This document shows positions 1-11,464 of a stretch of 64,000 nt of DNA, in pieces. Position numbers and translations under genes: made by a program. Where the stretch lies: assembly GCA_001874305.1 (NCBI GenBank), contig MPCU01000012.1, forward strand, positions 69,525 through 133,524, written 5' to 3'. Position 1 is the first letter of the stretch, and every line of letters starts with the position of its first letter. The DNA is from Bacteriovorax sp. MedPE-SWde (GTDB lineage Bacteria > Bdellovibrionota > Bacteriovoracia > Bacteriovoracales > Bacteriovoracaceae). A model generated the notes under the pieces. That model saw nothing but the letters and a program-made list of their open reading frames with translations, was not told the origin of the DNA and ran no database searches.

Positions 1-1214
1 GGCTCATCTATTCTTGTAATTGGAACATTTGTTGGAATTACAATTACACTAAGCTTATAGATCTTTTGAAATTCTTCTGCTTCTGTATCTGCAGTACCAG
101 TCATCCCTGCAAGAGTTCCATAAAGCTTGAAGTAGTTTTGAAATGTAATTGAGGCCAGAGTTTGGTTCTCTGATTTAATCTCAACACCTTCTTTTGCTTC
201 TATTGATTGGTGAAGTCCATCAGACCAACGAGAACCTGTTTTAAGTCTTCCTGTAAATTCATCAACGATGATGACTTCACCTTCTTTGATTACATAGTCT
301 ACATCAAACTTAAATAAGTGATGAGCTCTTAGGGCCTGGTTTAAGTGGTGAAGAATTTCTGTGTTCTCTATAGCGTAGAGATTATCTACTTTCATTATCT
401 CTTGTACTTTTAGAATCCCTTCTTCTGTAAAAATTGCAGATTTAGATTTTTCATCAATAGTAAAATGCTTTACGTCAGTTAGTTGAGGAATTACTTTATT
501 TGCTACGTGATATAGTTCAGAATCTCCTTCACTAGGACCTGAGATTAATAGAGGAGTTCTTGCCTCATCAATTAGAATCGAGTCAACCTCATCGACAATA
601 CAGTAGTGAAAGTCTCTTTGAACATAGTCGTCTAAAGAGAACTTCATATTGTCTCTTAAGTAATCAAAGGCAAACTCATTATTTGTTCCGTATGTAATAT
701 CTGCTTTATAAGCATTCATACGGTCTTCATCTTCCATATCTGCAACAATACAACCAGCAGTCATTCCTAACCAGTTATAAAGTACGCCCATTTCTTCGGC
801 ATCACGAGATGCAAGATAGTCGTTTACTGTAACTAGGTGAGCACCCTTTCCTTCAAGTGCTTTTAAGTAAAGTGCTAGCGTTGCAGTTAGTGTCTTACCT
901 TCACCTGTTTTCATTTCGGCAATAATACCTCTGTAAAGAACGATACCACCTACAATTTGAACATCGTAATGTCTCATTCCAAGTGATCTTACCGAGGCCT
1001 CTCTAACTGTAGCGAAGGCTTCCGGCAGGATTGATTCAAGGTTTGTTCCATCTTGGATCATCTTTTTAAACTTTGGAGTCTGGGCCTTAAGTTCTTCATC
1101 ACTAAGTTTTTGCATCATCGGTTCAAAAGAATTGATCTTTTTAACTATGGGTTGCAATTTTTTAATATCTCTTGCGTGTTTTGTTCCAAAAAATGACTTG
1201 AATGGGTTGTACAT
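1..1214 (-). CDS. secA: Preprotein translocase subunit SecA (N-terminal part; runs off window start)
   Basis: Not in ORF track; hand translation from ATG at 1214 (AGGAGA upstream): [22 protein letters not shown]..., with MKTGEGKT Walker [22 protein letters not shown] and [19 protein letters not shown] motifs. Confidence 0.97.
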   Translation of the reverse strand, partial: MYNPFKSFFGTKHARDIKKLQPIVKKINSFEPMMQKLSDEELKAQTPKFKKMIQDGTNLESILPEAFATVREASVRSLGMRHYDVQIVGGIVLYRGIIAEMKTGEGKTLTATLALYLKALEGKGAHLVTVNDYLASRDAEEMGVLYNWLGMTAGCIVADMEDEDRMNAYKADITYGTNNEFAFDYLRDNMKFSLDDYVQRDFHYCIVDEVDSILIDEARTPLLISGPSEGDSELYHVANKVIPQLTDVKHFTIDEKSKSAIFTEEGILKVQEIMKVDNLYAIENTEILHHLNQALRAHHLFKFDVDYVIKEGEVIIVDEFTGRLKTGSRWSDGLHQSIEAKEGVEIKSENQTLASITFQNYFKLYGTLAGMTGTADTEAEEFQKIYKLSVIVIPTNVPITRIDE

Positions 1215-1228
1215 ATATTCTCCTAAAT

Positions 1229-2308
1229 TTAATCTAAAATATAATAAAGTGGGTCAACAGGTGTTCCATTAACTCTCACTTCATAGTGAAGGTGTGGTCC
1301 AGTAGATAGACCGGAGTTTCCAACTTTTGCTATAAGTTGACCTCGTTTTATTTTTTGTCCTTTCTTTACTAGGTTCTTTGAGTTGTGGGCATAGAGTGTT
1401 TCAACTCCATAGCCATGGTCGATTTCGATATACCAACCAAAACCAGGCGTTTTTCCTGAAATCTTTATTACTCCATCTGCTGGAGCAAGGATAACAGTTC
1501 CAATTGGTGCACCGACATCAAGACCTTCATGCATTTTTACTCTATTAGAGTAGTGACTGGATCTTGGTCCATAATATGAAGTAATCCAACCTCTGGCCGG
1601 GATTAGTGTTGGGGTAGATCTAAGAAATGATTCTCTATCAAGTAAGTATTGATCTAGCTCATTTACTTTTACTTCTAGGGAACTTGAGATTTGTCTTAGT
1701 AGAGCAAAGCGATAATCAAAATGAGCAAAACTCTTTGCGAGCTTAAAACTTTGCTTAATTAGGTTGTTCCACTTTTTTGTATAACTATACCCTGTAATCA
1801 AACCAAAGTTTGTAGCTATCTTTCTTTCATAGAGGTCTTTTATTTCTTGGTATTTTTCTAACGATTCAATTTCTTCATTAGGTTTTCTGACTTTAAGAAT
1901 AAGGTCATTTTCGATAGGAAGACTAACCGAGTTTGGGTTTCTCTTAATATCTTTCTTTATATTTTTATTTTCTTTTGTTGGTGCTGTAAGATCACTATTT
2001 TCAAAACCAGTAATGACTCTTAGTTTTCTTTCAAACTGCTGAACCCTTTCGATGTCATCGGTTAATGTATTAAGTTTCATATTAAAGAGTTGTATCTGCT
2101 CTTTAAGCTGCCTGTTCTCAATACTTAAATGTCTATTTTCATAAACCTGTCTAAGAATTTTAATATAATCGTAACTAAGGATACCAACAACTGAGACAAC
2201 AATGAGTACTAAGAAGATAAAACTATTAAATAGTACTCTCGGTATACGAAATGATTTTACTCCCTTTTCTTTTTCAGGGATTACCATGATTGTGTAAAAA
2301 CGACTCAA
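1229..2308 (-). CDS. M23 family metallopeptidase with N-terminal TM and coiled coil
   Basis: HEGLD, YAHN and GPHLHYEV motifs at C-terminus; N-terminal hydrophobic helix. Confidence 0.92.
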   Translation of the reverse strand: MSRFYTIMVIPEKEKGVKSFRIPRVLFNSFIFLVLIVVSVVGILSYDYIKILRQVYENRHLSIENRQLKEQIQLFNMKLNTLTDDIERVQQFERKLRVITGFENSDLTAPTKENKNIKKDIKRNPNSVSLPIENDLILKVRKPNEEIESLEKYQEIKDLYERKIATNFGLITGYSYTKKWNNLIKQSFKLAKSFAHFDYRFALLRQISSSLEVKVNELDQYLLDRESFLRSTPTLIPARGWITSYYGPRSSHYSNRVKMHEGLDVGAPIGTVILAPADGVIKISGKTPGFGWYIEIDHGYGVETLYAHNSKNLVKKGQKIKRGQLIAKVGNSGLSTGPHLHYEVRVNGTPVDPLYYILD

Positions 2309-2393
2309 AGTGTTATTCTCCGGCTGGAACAGTATTCTAAGATAACAGTCTAGTTATCTTATCAGGCGTTTGCAACCTAAAATCAGAAACTTA

Positions 2394-3143
2394 TTACTGC
2401 ATAGCAGCTATTATTATGGAGATATTGTCTTGACCACCATTCTCATTGGCCTGCCTAACTAATGTTTGTAAACAGTCTCTAATTGATGAGAAGCTGACTT
2501 CATTCTTTTCGAGTAATGTTTTTTTAATAAGGTAGAGAATATCTTCATCAGAAACTTTACCGTGAAGTCCATCGGAGCAGAGCATAAAGAAATCACCTTT
2601 CTTGGGCTTATAAGAAAAGATGTCGACTTCAATATCTGCGTCATACCCAACTGTTCTTGAAAGTACGTTCTTGTGTGGGTCGTCCGCACCTTGAGTTCGA
2701 GTATAGATTCCCATATTTATCTTTTCTTGAACCATAGAGTGGTCTCTAGTGAGTTGATAAATTTGTTGGTTATTTATTATGTAGGCCCTTGAGTCTCCAA
2801 CATTACCAATCGCGACATTGTCTTTTCCGAATAGAATTGAAACAACAGTTGTTCCCATTCCATTTAAACTTACATCCGCATCGGCAAAGTCTTTAATCGA
2901 TTTATTTGCAAAGAGTATGGCCTCTTTTAATGACTTCCCTGGGGTACCTTCATAGTTCTTAGCTGTCTTCATAAATTCAGACATATGTTTAACGGCCATC
3001 GTTGAAGCAAGATCACCACCAGAGTGTCCACCCATTCCATCAGCAACAACGTAAAATCGTGTTGAGTTACTAACATAGATCGAATCTTGATTAGTTTCTC
3101 TCTTTCTTCCAATGTCACTTATTCCGGCGCAAATAACTTCCAT
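2394..3143 (-). CDS. PP2C-family Ser/Thr protein phosphatase (Stp1/PrpC-like)
   Basis: RETNQDS, VADGMGGH, GMGTT, GDSRAY, LCSDGL and GGQDNIS motifs. Confidence 0.95.
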   Translation of the reverse strand: MEVICAGISDIGRKRETNQDSIYVSNSTRFYVVADGMGGHSGGDLASTMAVKHMSEFMKTAKNYEGTPGKSLKEAILFANKSIKDFADADVSLNGMGTTVVSILFGKDNVAIGNVGDSRAYIINNQQIYQLTRDHSMVQEKINMGIYTRTQGADDPHKNVLSRTVGYDADIEVDIFSYKPKKGDFFMLCSDGLHGKVSDEDILYLIKKTLLEKNEVSFSSIRDCLQTLVRQANENGGQDNISIIIAAMQ

Positions 3144-3353
3144 GAATTCTCCATAAAGGCAATATTAATTGTATGTATATTTTCAAAAGACACATGATTT
3201 TTGTCAATTGAGCAAAATCTCCTTACCTGAGTAAAATGGTGCCATTATGAACCTTGTAAAAACCTCTAGATAGAGCATCTTTTTTCTTCTTTAAAAGTCA
3301 TAGCGGTGTATAATTAAATTAGATAATGGACTACTCAAGGACGGGAGAGCTTC

Positions 3354-5414
3354 ATGAGCAAAATTGATATGCAAGAATTCATCGGTGAAAACTACAAAGT
3401 AGAAGATTTCGCCCATCTAAACTGGTCAGGATCTTTTCAAGATTACATTGACTTAATTTCAGAAGATCCAAGAGTTGCAAGAAATTCTTTTCAAAGAATT
3501 TATGACATGATTATGTCTTTTGGAACAAGCACTTACAATGAGTACAAGAAAGAAATTACGCGTTACCACTTTTTTGATGATCCTATCGAGAATGGTAAAG
3601 ATGCGGTATTTGGAATAGATGTACACTTAATGAAGCTTGTTAATTTTTTTAAAGCTGCAGCATTAGGCTATGGTACAGAAAAGAGGGTACTACTTTTACA
3701 TGGGCCTGTTGGTTCTGCTAAGTCTTCTATTTCGAGAAACCTAAAAAAAGGTCTTGAGCATTATGCAAAAACTGATGAAGGTGCTCTCTATACATTTGAG
3801 TGGTACGATTCTGAAGAAACAGATATTTTAGGTGGACAAAAACTATTTCCATCTCCAATGCATGAAGATCCTTTAAAGCTAGTTCCTGTTGAAGTTAGAA
3901 AGTCTTTTCTTGCTGCTTTAAATAAAGGAAATAAGGCCGACTATAAATTAAAAATTCGTGGAGAAGTTTGTCCTGCTGATAGATATATTTTAAAAGAATA
4001 TATGAGAAAGTATGACGGTGATTTCATGAAGGTTATGGAAAATCATATTAGAGTTAAAAGACTTGTTCTAAGTGAAAAAGATAGAATGGGGATTGGTACT
4101 TTCCAACCAAAAGATGAAAAGAACCAAGATTCAACAGAACTTACTGGTGATATCAACTACAGAAAGATTGCTCAGTATGGATCAGACTCTGACCCTAGGG
4201 CCTTTAACTTTGATGGAGAATTTAATATCGCCAACAGAGGAATCATTGAGTTTATAGAAATGTTAAAGCTTGATGTAGCGTTCTTATATGATCTTTTAGG
4301 TGCATCTCAGGAACAATCAATTAAGCCTAAGAAATTCGCTCAAACAGATATTGATCTTGTTATTCTTGGTCATACAAATGAGCCTGAGTTTAGAAAGCTT
4401 CAAAATAATGAATTTATGGAGGCCTTAAGAGATAGAACTGTTAAGATCGATGTTCCATATATTACAAGACTTGATAATGAAGTAAGAATTTATCAAAGAG
4501 ATTTTAACGCTGAAAAAATACCGCATGTACATATTGCACCTCATACTCTTGAAATGGCGGCAATGTGGGCAGTATTAACGAGAATGGAAGAACCAAAGAA
4601 GGCCGATTTAACATCTCTTCAAAAGTTAAAACTTTATAACGGTAAAACTCTTTCTGGTTATAACGAAGACAATGTTAAAGAACTAAGAAAAGAAGCTGTT
4701 AGAGAAGGTTTAGAAGGTATCTCTCCAAGATATATTCAAGACAAGATTTCAAATGCCTTAGTTAAATATGGTCACTCTGGATCACTTAATCCTTTCATGA
4801 TTTTTAACGAATTAGAATCTGGATTAAAGCATCACTCTCTAGTGAATTCTGCTGAAGGTTTAGATCGTTATAAAGAATTGCTTGCAGTTGTAAGACAAGA
4901 GTATACTGACATTGTTAAAAATGATGTGCAAAAAGCCATCTCTCTTGATGAAACTGCAATTGAAACTCTTTGTGCTAATTATATTGATAATGTAAAGGCC
5001 TACACTCAAAAAGAAAAAGTTAGAAATAAGTATACAGGTAAATTAGAAGAGTCTGATGAGCGTTTCATGAGAAGTATCGAAGAAAAAATCGATATTGCAG
5101 AATCTCGTAAAGACGACTTTAGACGTGAGATAATGAACTATATCGGTGCTCTTGCAATTGATGGAAAGCAGTTCGATTATAAGATGAATGAAAGACTTCA
5201 TCGTGCTCTAGAGTTAAAGCTTTTTGAAGACCAAAAAGATGCAATCAAGTTAACAACAATTATTTCAAATGTTGTTGATAAGGAAACTCAAGAGAAGATC
5301 GATATTATTAAATCTCGTCTTATCAAGAACTATGGTTACTGTGAAATTTCAGCAACTGATGCTTTAAACTATGTTGCAAGTATTTTTGCAAAAGGTGATA
5401 GTGCTAAGTCGTAA
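3354..5414 (+). CDS. prkA: PrkA/YeaG-family AAA+ serine protein kinase
   Basis: Walker [15 protein letters not shown]-like segment, [19 protein letters not shown]; followed by yeaH and spoVR. Confidence 0.95.
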   Translation: MSKIDMQEFIGENYKVEDFAHLNWSGSFQDYIDLISEDPRVARNSFQRIYDMIMSFGTSTYNEYKKEITRYHFFDDPIENGKDAVFGIDVHLMKLVNFFKAAALGYGTEKRVLLLHGPVGSAKSSISRNLKKGLEHYAKTDEGALYTFEWYDSEETDILGGQKLFPSPMHEDPLKLVPVEVRKSFLAALNKGNKADYKLKIRGEVCPADRYILKEYMRKYDGDFMKVMENHIRVKRLVLSEKDRMGIGTFQPKDEKNQDSTELTGDINYRKIAQYGSDSDPRAFNFDGEFNIANRGIIEFIEMLKLDVAFLYDLLGASQEQSIKPKKFAQTDIDLVILGHTNEPEFRKLQNNEFMEALRDRTVKIDVPYITRLDNEVRIYQRDFNAEKIPHVHIAPHTLEMAAMWAVLTRMEEPKKADLTSLQKLKLYNGKTLSGYNEDNVKELRKEAVREGLEGISPRYIQDKISNALVKYGHSGSLNPFMIFNELESGLKHHSLVNSAEGLDRYKELLAVVRQEYTDIVKNDVQKAISLDETAIETLCANYIDNVKAYTQKEKVRNKYTGKLEESDERFMRSIEEKIDIAESRKDDFRREIMNYIGALAIDGKQFDYKMNERLHRALELKLFEDQKDAIKLTTIISNVVDKETQEKIDIIKSRLIKNYGYCEISATDALNYVASIFAKGDSAKS

Positions 5415-5459
5415 GACTTAGTACTACATATTAGTTCTAGCTTGTGTAGGGGAGGATGA

Positions 5460-6575
5460 ATGGATCATCCAATAAAAAGAGACCACGCAAGGTTTCGAAA
5501 AATTATCAAAGGTAAAGTCAGAGACAATCTCAAAAAATATGTTTCTCGTGGAGAAATGCCTATTCCCAAGGGAAATGGTGAGTTTAAAGTTCCAATGCCT
5601 TCCATTAATACACCTCAGTTTCGTTTTGGTGATAAGAGCCAGGGGGGCTCTGGACAAGGTGAAGGACAACCTGGGGATCCTGTTGATGGACAACCTGGAG
5701 AAGGACAACCTGGTGAAGGTGAAGCGGGTCAAGATGAAGGCGCAAAAGAGCTTGAAGTTGATATGTCTCTTGATGAGCTCGCTTCCATTCTTGGTGATGA
5801 ATTAGAACTTCCAAAAATTGAACCTAAGGGTAAGAAGAATATGCAGTCCACTGTTGATAGATACACTAGTATCGGAACTGTTGGACCAGATTCTCTTAAA
5901 CATTACAAGAGGTCTTATAAGGAAGCTTTAAAGAGACAAGTTGCCATGGGGACTTATGACCCTAAGAACCCTGTGATTGTCCCTATTAAGAGCGATATGC
6001 GCTATAGAGCGTCTAACACAAAAATAGAATTTGAGAACTCTGCCGTTGTTATTTATATGATGGATGTTTCAGGATCTATGGGTGATGAGCAAAAAGAAAT
6101 AGTAAGAACTGAGTCTTTTTGGATTAACCTGTGGCTTAAATCTCAATATAAAGATATTGAAATTCGCTATATAATTCATGATGCCACTGCGAAGGAAGTA
6201 GAAGAAGAAACTTTTTTTAAAACACGTGAAAGTGGTGGAACTCTTATTTCTTCGGCACTAAAGCTTTGTAAAGAAATCATTCAAACTGATTATAACTCTG
6301 ATGAATGGAATATTTATCCTTTCCACTTTTCTGATGGTGATAATTGGTCAACTGAAGATACTAAACTCTGTCTTGATCTTCTAAAGAATGACATTATTCC
6401 AAACTCTAATGTTTTCTGTTATGGGCAAGTTGAAAGTCGCTACGGTTCTGGACAATTCTATAAAGATCTTAATGGTGTTTATGGTGAGGAGCATGACGAC
6501 GTTATTCTTAGCAAGATTAAGAACAAAGAAGCAATTCTTGATTCTATAAAAGACTTCCTTGGTAAAGGGAAGTAA
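5460..6575 (+). CDS. yeaH: YeaH/YhbH (DUF444) family protein with vWA-like C-terminus
   Basis: RDHARF N-terminus, Gly-rich GQPG linker, [16 protein letters not shown] and FSDGDNW motifs. Confidence 0.93.
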   Translation: MDHPIKRDHARFRKIIKGKVRDNLKKYVSRGEMPIPKGNGEFKVPMPSINTPQFRFGDKSQGGSGQGEGQPGDPVDGQPGEGQPGEGEAGQDEGAKELEVDMSLDELASILGDELELPKIEPKGKKNMQSTVDRYTSIGTVGPDSLKHYKRSYKEALKRQVAMGTYDPKNPVIVPIKSDMRYRASNTKIEFENSAVVIYMMDVSGSMGDEQKEIVRTESFWINLWLKSQYKDIEIRYIIHDATAKEVEEETFFKTRESGGTLISSALKLCKEIIQTDYNSDEWNIYPFHFSDGDNWSTEDTKLCLDLLKNDIIPNSNVFCYGQVESRYGSGQFYKDLNGVYGEEHDDVILSKIKNKEAILDSIKDFLGKGK

Positions 6576-6587
6576 AAGGTACTTAAC

Positions 6588-8060
6588 ATGAAAAGAACTA
6601 AGCCGCTTACTGGAGAATTAGCAAAATTAAGAGATGAAGTTTATGGCTATGCTGTAGATTACGGACTTGATTTTCATCCAGTTATTTTTGAAGTGTGTGA
6701 TTACGATACTGTTTGTGTTTTGGCCGCTAATGGAGGTTTTCCTACGAGATATCCACATTGGCGATTTGGTATGGAATATGATCAGCTATCAAAGGGTAAT
6801 AAGTACGGTTTTCAAAAAATTTACGAACTAGTAATTAATACTGATCCTTGTTATGCATACCTATTGAGTTCTAATAGATATGTTGATCAGAAACTAGTAA
6901 TGGCCCATGTGTTTGGACACGCTGACTTTTTTAAAAATAATGCATGGTTTGCAAGTACAAATAAGAAAATGATGGACGTTATGGCCAATAGAGCGACAAA
7001 GATTCGTCGTTATATGGAAAAGTATGGTCATGATAAGGTAGAACAGTTTATTGATGTGGTTCTCTCTCTTGAGAACCTTCTTGATGTAAATGTTCTATTT
7101 GAAAATGAATATGAAAGTTCGATCCCTGATGAGCTTGAGCTAAAAGATGAAAGAAGTACTGCTCTTAAATCTTTTATGAGATCTAAAATTGGTAATGAAG
7201 AAGATCAAAACCCTAAACTTAATGAAGAAACGCCCCTTGATAAAATTGATGAGGCAGTAAAAGGTACAAGGGATATCATGAGTTTTCTTATGCAATATGC
7301 TCCCGTTGAAGACTGGCAAGCCGATATCATTGCAATATTAAGAGAAGAGGCCTATTACTTTTTACCTCAAAGAATGACTAAGATTATGAATGAGGGCTGG
7401 GCAAGTTATTGGCACTCTAAAATCCTTACTCAAAAGGCCCTTCGCTCTAGTGAGATAATCGACTTCGCAGACATTCACTCTGGTGTAATGGCCATGAGTC
7501 AAAAGAATATTAATCCATATAAGATTGGTATCGAACTCATGCGTGATATTGAATATCGTTGGGACACTGGACGCTTTGGTAAAGACTATCAAAACTGTAC
7601 AGATATGCAGGAGAAAGAGAATTGGTACAAAGAGACTAATCTTGGAAGAGAAAAAATCTTTGATGTTAGAAAGTCACATAATGATATTACCTTTATTGAT
7701 GAGTTCTTTACTCAGGAATTTTGCCAAAGGATGCAACTTTTTACTTATAAGTATAACCCTAGGACTGGACGTAACGAGATAGAGACTAGAGATTTTGAAA
7801 CTATAAAGAATAAGCTTTTACTACAATTAACTAACTTTGGTAGCCCTATTATAGAAGTAGAGTCGGCCAACTATCGAAACCGTGGAGAGTTACTCCTTAG
7901 ACATGTTCACCAAGGTGTCGACCTAGACCTTGCCCAGGCAACAGATACAATGATTAATATCCATAAAATCTGGAAGCGTCCTGTTTCTATCGTGACTGTT
8001 ATGGAAGAAAAAGAAATGACATATTGCTTCGATGGAAAATCGATTACAGAAGTTAAATAA
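6588..8060 (+). CDS. spoVR: SpoVR/YcgB family protein
   Basis: RYPHWRFG, IYELVIN, AHVFGHADFF, KIMNEGWASYWH and NPYKIG motifs. Confidence 0.95.
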   Translation: MKRTKPLTGELAKLRDEVYGYAVDYGLDFHPVIFEVCDYDTVCVLAANGGFPTRYPHWRFGMEYDQLSKGNKYGFQKIYELVINTDPCYAYLLSSNRYVDQKLVMAHVFGHADFFKNNAWFASTNKKMMDVMANRATKIRRYMEKYGHDKVEQFIDVVLSLENLLDVNVLFENEYESSIPDELELKDERSTALKSFMRSKIGNEEDQNPKLNEETPLDKIDEAVKGTRDIMSFLMQYAPVEDWQADIIAILREEAYYFLPQRMTKIMNEGWASYWHSKILTQKALRSSEIIDFADIHSGVMAMSQKNINPYKIGIELMRDIEYRWDTGRFGKDYQNCTDMQEKENWYKETNLGREKIFDVRKSHNDITFIDEFFTQEFCQRMQLFTYKYNPRTGRNEIETRDFETIKNKLLLQLTNFGSPIIEVESANYRNRGELLLRHVHQGVDLDLAQATDTMINIHKIWKRPVSIVTVMEEKEMTYCFDGKSITEVK

Positions 8061-8061
8061 T

Positions 8062-8082
8062 AAAGGACCGCAAGGTCCTTTT
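8062..8082 (+). terminator. Intrinsic terminator of prkA-yeaH-spoVR
   Basis: AAAGGACC-GCAA-GGTCCTTTT immediately after the spoVR stop. Confidence 0.8.
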
Positions 8083-8143
8083 CCACGTTGACCACATTAG
8101 AATTTTGTATGAAAATTAATATATTAAATACAAAAGGTTCTAA

Positions 8144-10033
8144 ATGTTTGATTCGATTTCAAAGAAAATAATTATACTAATTCTACTCTTAACGTGCTCA
8201 GATGTTTTTGCAAGAAAACATGTTGCTATTGTTATGAAAGTAAAGGGAAAGGTTACTAAGCTAAACCCTGGAGCAAGTAAGGCAAGTCTTGTGAAGTTAG
8301 GTGACAAATTATTTGAAGACTCTTCTATTGTTACCGGCGCTCGAAGTTTTATTAGAATTCAATTCATTGATAAAACAAGATTATCACTTGGACCTAAAAG
8401 TAAGATCGTTGTAACTCAAATTAAAACAACATCTGGTAGTGTTATTTCTTTGCTTAAAGGAAGGGCGAGAACTAAGGTAAATCCCTCAAAAGATAGTGGA
8501 AAGAATAAGTTTTTTATAAAAACAAGAACAGCTGCCCTTGGAGTAAGAGGAACAGATTTTCAAACGATTTATAATCCAGATAATAAAGTAACAAACCTAC
8601 TGACCTATAAAGGTAAAGTAGCTATGGCCAATCTAAAAGATAAGGCGCCTATCGCTAAAAAGAAGATCGTTTTAGAAAGAGATGACTCAAATAAAATTCA
8701 AGTTAAGAAAGAAGCTGTCTCTAGGCCTGAAACGGAATCTGAACTTCTAGAAAATCGTCTTGCCAGCAAGCAGACAGTTCTCGTTGAATCTGGACAATTT
8801 TCAGGAACACTAAACCAGGCAAAGAAGGTTTCTCTACCAGTTAAAATTAATCCAGCACAACTTGGGATTTTATACGCCAATGAGAATCTATTAGAGAAAA
8901 CAAGTGATGAGACACGTAGATCTAAAGATGTTTCGAGTGTAAAAAAATATGTGCGCTTAAAACAGGCTAAGCAAGACGCTCCTTTAGAAGGTTTTTATGA
9001 CAAGAAAACTGGAGCATATGCACCTAAGTCTGGTGGTCTAATTGATATTACAACTGGTCTCTATGTCGCACCAGAGAAAGATGCTATCTTTGATGAAAAG
9101 AACCAGGTATATATTCCTAAAAAGGTTGGTCGAATTGAGATCGAGTCTGGTGAGTATATTGCACCAAAGGGACTTTCTCTTGATGCACGAAAAGGATTTG
9201 TTGTTTCTAAGACAGGTAAGCCCTCGGATAAAAAAAATGCGCCAGTGTTATTGGCGATGTCTGATAAATTAAATAAGAACTTAGATAAAGATTTATTTAT
9301 TGATCATGAGGAAGAGAAAGAACTGCAAAGTATGAGTATTTTTTCTCGTAGAGAGCTTTTTACAAAAGATATATTTACTTTCTTTCTTGGTTCATTTGAC
9401 TCTGAACTTACACTTGATTCTAGTAGTACTTCCTCCAAGTCAGTGGTTCACAACTTTGAAGGCGCCACAGAGCTAGGATTTATTTGGGAGATGGCCGGAA
9501 ATGGACTCTTGAGACCAAAATTCGGCTTTAAAGTCAGTGGAACAGACTACTCTAATCATACTGAATATTCTCAGGAAGAAGAAAAACTATATAGTATGCA
9601 GCTTGGCCTTAGCGCTTACTTAAATAATCGTTGGTCACTCGAGATTGACTATAATATTGAGCAAGAGAATATTCCGACTAATTCTAATGGATTTGGTGGC
9701 AGTCTTGAAAAGGTTACCTTATCAACTTTAGGAGTAGGTGTTAACGGTGTTCTAGCTACCCATGGTCGATTATTTCTAGGTACTAAAGTAATGGCGCTTA
9801 CTAACTTTTACAAGAGTTCTGCAGAGCTCTCAGTGAAGAATGGAGTAGGTTATTATATCGATTTAAGCGCAGGTTTTTGGCACAAGAAGCATCACTTGTA
9901 TAGGTTAAGCCTATTTAATGAAGTTAAAAGCTTTGATGTGTCAGGTATTAATGATACAGCTAATGCTAATTATAATGGCCTTAAAAGTTCGGAGACAGGT
10001 CTAAGATTTCTCTACTCATATATCTTCGAGTAG
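8144..10033 (+). CDS. Exported FecR-domain protein with probable C-terminal outer-membrane beta-barrel
   Basis: Signal peptide; FecR-like TAALGVRGTDF; alternating amphipathic strands with aromatic-rich end (FLYSYIFE). Confidence 0.75.
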   Translation: MFDSISKKIIILILLLTCSDVFARKHVAIVMKVKGKVTKLNPGASKASLVKLGDKLFEDSSIVTGARSFIRIQFIDKTRLSLGPKSKIVVTQIKTTSGSVISLLKGRARTKVNPSKDSGKNKFFIKTRTAALGVRGTDFQTIYNPDNKVTNLLTYKGKVAMANLKDKAPIAKKKIVLERDDSNKIQVKKEAVSRPETESELLENRLASKQTVLVESGQFSGTLNQAKKVSLPVKINPAQLGILYANENLLEKTSDETRRSKDVSSVKKYVRLKQAKQDAPLEGFYDKKTGAYAPKSGGLIDITTGLYVAPEKDAIFDEKNQVYIPKKVGRIEIESGEYIAPKGLSLDARKGFVVSKTGKPSDKKNAPVLLAMSDKLNKNLDKDLFIDHEEEKELQSMSIFSRRELFTKDIFTFFLGSFDSELTLDSSSTSSKSVVHNFEGATELGFIWEMAGNGLLRPKFGFKVSGTDYSNHTEYSQEEEKLYSMQLGLSAYLNNRWSLEIDYNIEQENIPTNSNGFGGSLEKVTLSTLGVGVNGVLATHGRLFLGTKVMALTNFYKSSAELSVKNGVGYYIDLSAGFWHKKHHLYRLSLFNEVKSFDVSGINDTANANYNGLKSSETGLRFLYSYIFE

Positions 10034-11413
10034 AGGATCCTCTGCAATATCTAATTCTATAATGTCTCTTTGCTTAATGAAGTTTGACTCTCTAATCTTG
10101 GGTAGATTCTTCTTCGTTGTTAACTTCTTTATTTTATCAAGTACCTTAAATCTCTTTTTCCCGAAGTTTTTAACTGAGCCTGCATAATCATCCCAAATTA
10201 GAGATTGCATATGTAGCCAGCAATTCATCCCATCATAACGTATACAGGCCGTGTCACTTGATTTTATCCACCTATAGTCTTTAAGTGTTAGAAAGATGTA
10301 ACTTTCAATAACTAGCGCTTCAAATGGCATTTTCTTATTATACAAAAAGAATATTTCTTCAATTTCCCTTTCCGCTCTATAGAAGTTCTTCTCCTGAATG
10401 AGAAATGATGTTGTTAATAGTTTTTGCTCTCTTCGTAAGCTATCAGGTGGGATAACTTTACTAAGGGCCATTCTCCCTGTTTTCCACTTTTGATTTACCC
10501 ATGAAAGGGCAGTCATAAGTTGACTATTATTTATAGAAAATGGTCTACGCTGATTTGATGCTGTGGAATGAGCAAGTGCTGTTTTATATTTGTTAGACTT
10601 TGTTTCCATTACTGCTTTTAAATAAGCGGCATTAGAATTATTAATGTCTTCTATAAAACTCTTGGCCTTGTCATCTTTCCCATTCATAAATAAGTTGTAG
10701 GCCATAAGTGTTCTAATTACTTCGTCTTGAAAACTCTTATCTGGTAACAAATGTATATTTTCTGAGACGAGGTCTTCTTGATCAAAGAGAAGACCATACT
10801 TAAGCCATGCTCTTGCCTGATAATTTTCAGAGATCTTTTTTATATTGAGTTTAAGTTTCTTATAGTAGTTATACTCTTGCTCTGGACTTCTCTTAACGAG
10901 TAGCTCTTCTGAAAGATATTTAAACCATCTGAAATTGGTTGTTGTATAAGGAATATTTGTATTCTGACACCTTACCATTTCTTCTTTTAATTCGATTGTT
11001 TGTTTTAAATGTAAGAGACTTGCGACTCTTAGGATACAGATTTGTGGATAATACTCTGTTGAGAGAAACTTTCTTGATGATAGGTAATTTAGAGTGGATT
11101 GAAAGTCACCTAGTGTAAAGTGAGCGAGCGCAAGATATCGATCTATAATTATCTTGAGGGGTGTTTCACTATTCTTAACAAGAATATTCTTAAGAAGCTT
11201 TATCGCACCATGAACATCACCATTAAATAGAGAGAGTTTCGAAGTTTTAATATCTGCAAGAATCTGTGCTCTTCTTTCTACTTCTAGAGTTGCAAAATAC
11301 TCTTCTATTTCGACACTACTATAGATTGACCAATCAAGCTCAACTTCTCTTAACGGTACAGCAAATGTTAAATTAGAGAATAGAAATATAAGTAAGATCA
11401 AAGTCTTTAGCAT
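10016..11413 (-). CDS. Exported helical-repeat (TPR-like) hypothetical protein
   Basis: 465-aa ORF, signal peptide, repeated A/L/Y-rich helices such as LALAHFTLGDFQSTLNYL. Confidence 0.6.
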   Translation of the reverse strand: MLKTLILLIFLFSNLTFAVPLREVELDWSIYSSVEIEEYFATLEVERRAQILADIKTSKLSLFNGDVHGAIKLLKNILVKNSETPLKIIIDRYLALAHFTLGDFQSTLNYLSSRKFLSTEYYPQICILRVASLLHLKQTIELKEEMVRCQNTNIPYTTTNFRWFKYLSEELLVKRSPEQEYNYYKKLKLNIKKISENYQARAWLKYGLLFDQEDLVSENIHLLPDKSFQDEVIRTLMAYNLFMNGKDDKAKSFIEDINNSNAAYLKAVMETKSNKYKTALAHSTASNQRRPFSINNSQLMTALSWVNQKWKTGRMALSKVIPPDSLRREQKLLTTSFLIQEKNFYRAEREIEEIFFLYNKKMPFEALVIESYIFLTLKDYRWIKSSDTACIRYDGMNCWLHMQSLIWDDYAGSVKNFGKKRFKVLDKIKKLTTKKNLPKIRESNFIKQRDIIELDIAEDPLLEDI

Positions 11414-11464
11414 ACTAAACCTTTCGGGAATAATTCCGATAACTTAAATACTAAGGATGGTATT

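Noticed and set aside
3229-3246. TGGCAC on the minus strand upstream of the PP2C gene as a sigma-54 promoter
   Set aside because: The -12 element reads TTTACT rather than TTGC at the required GG-N10-GC spacing.
5640-5745. GGACAACCTGG repeats in yeaH
   Set aside because: They encode the usual Gly-rich GQPG linker of this family and are not a CRISPR or DNA-level repeat.
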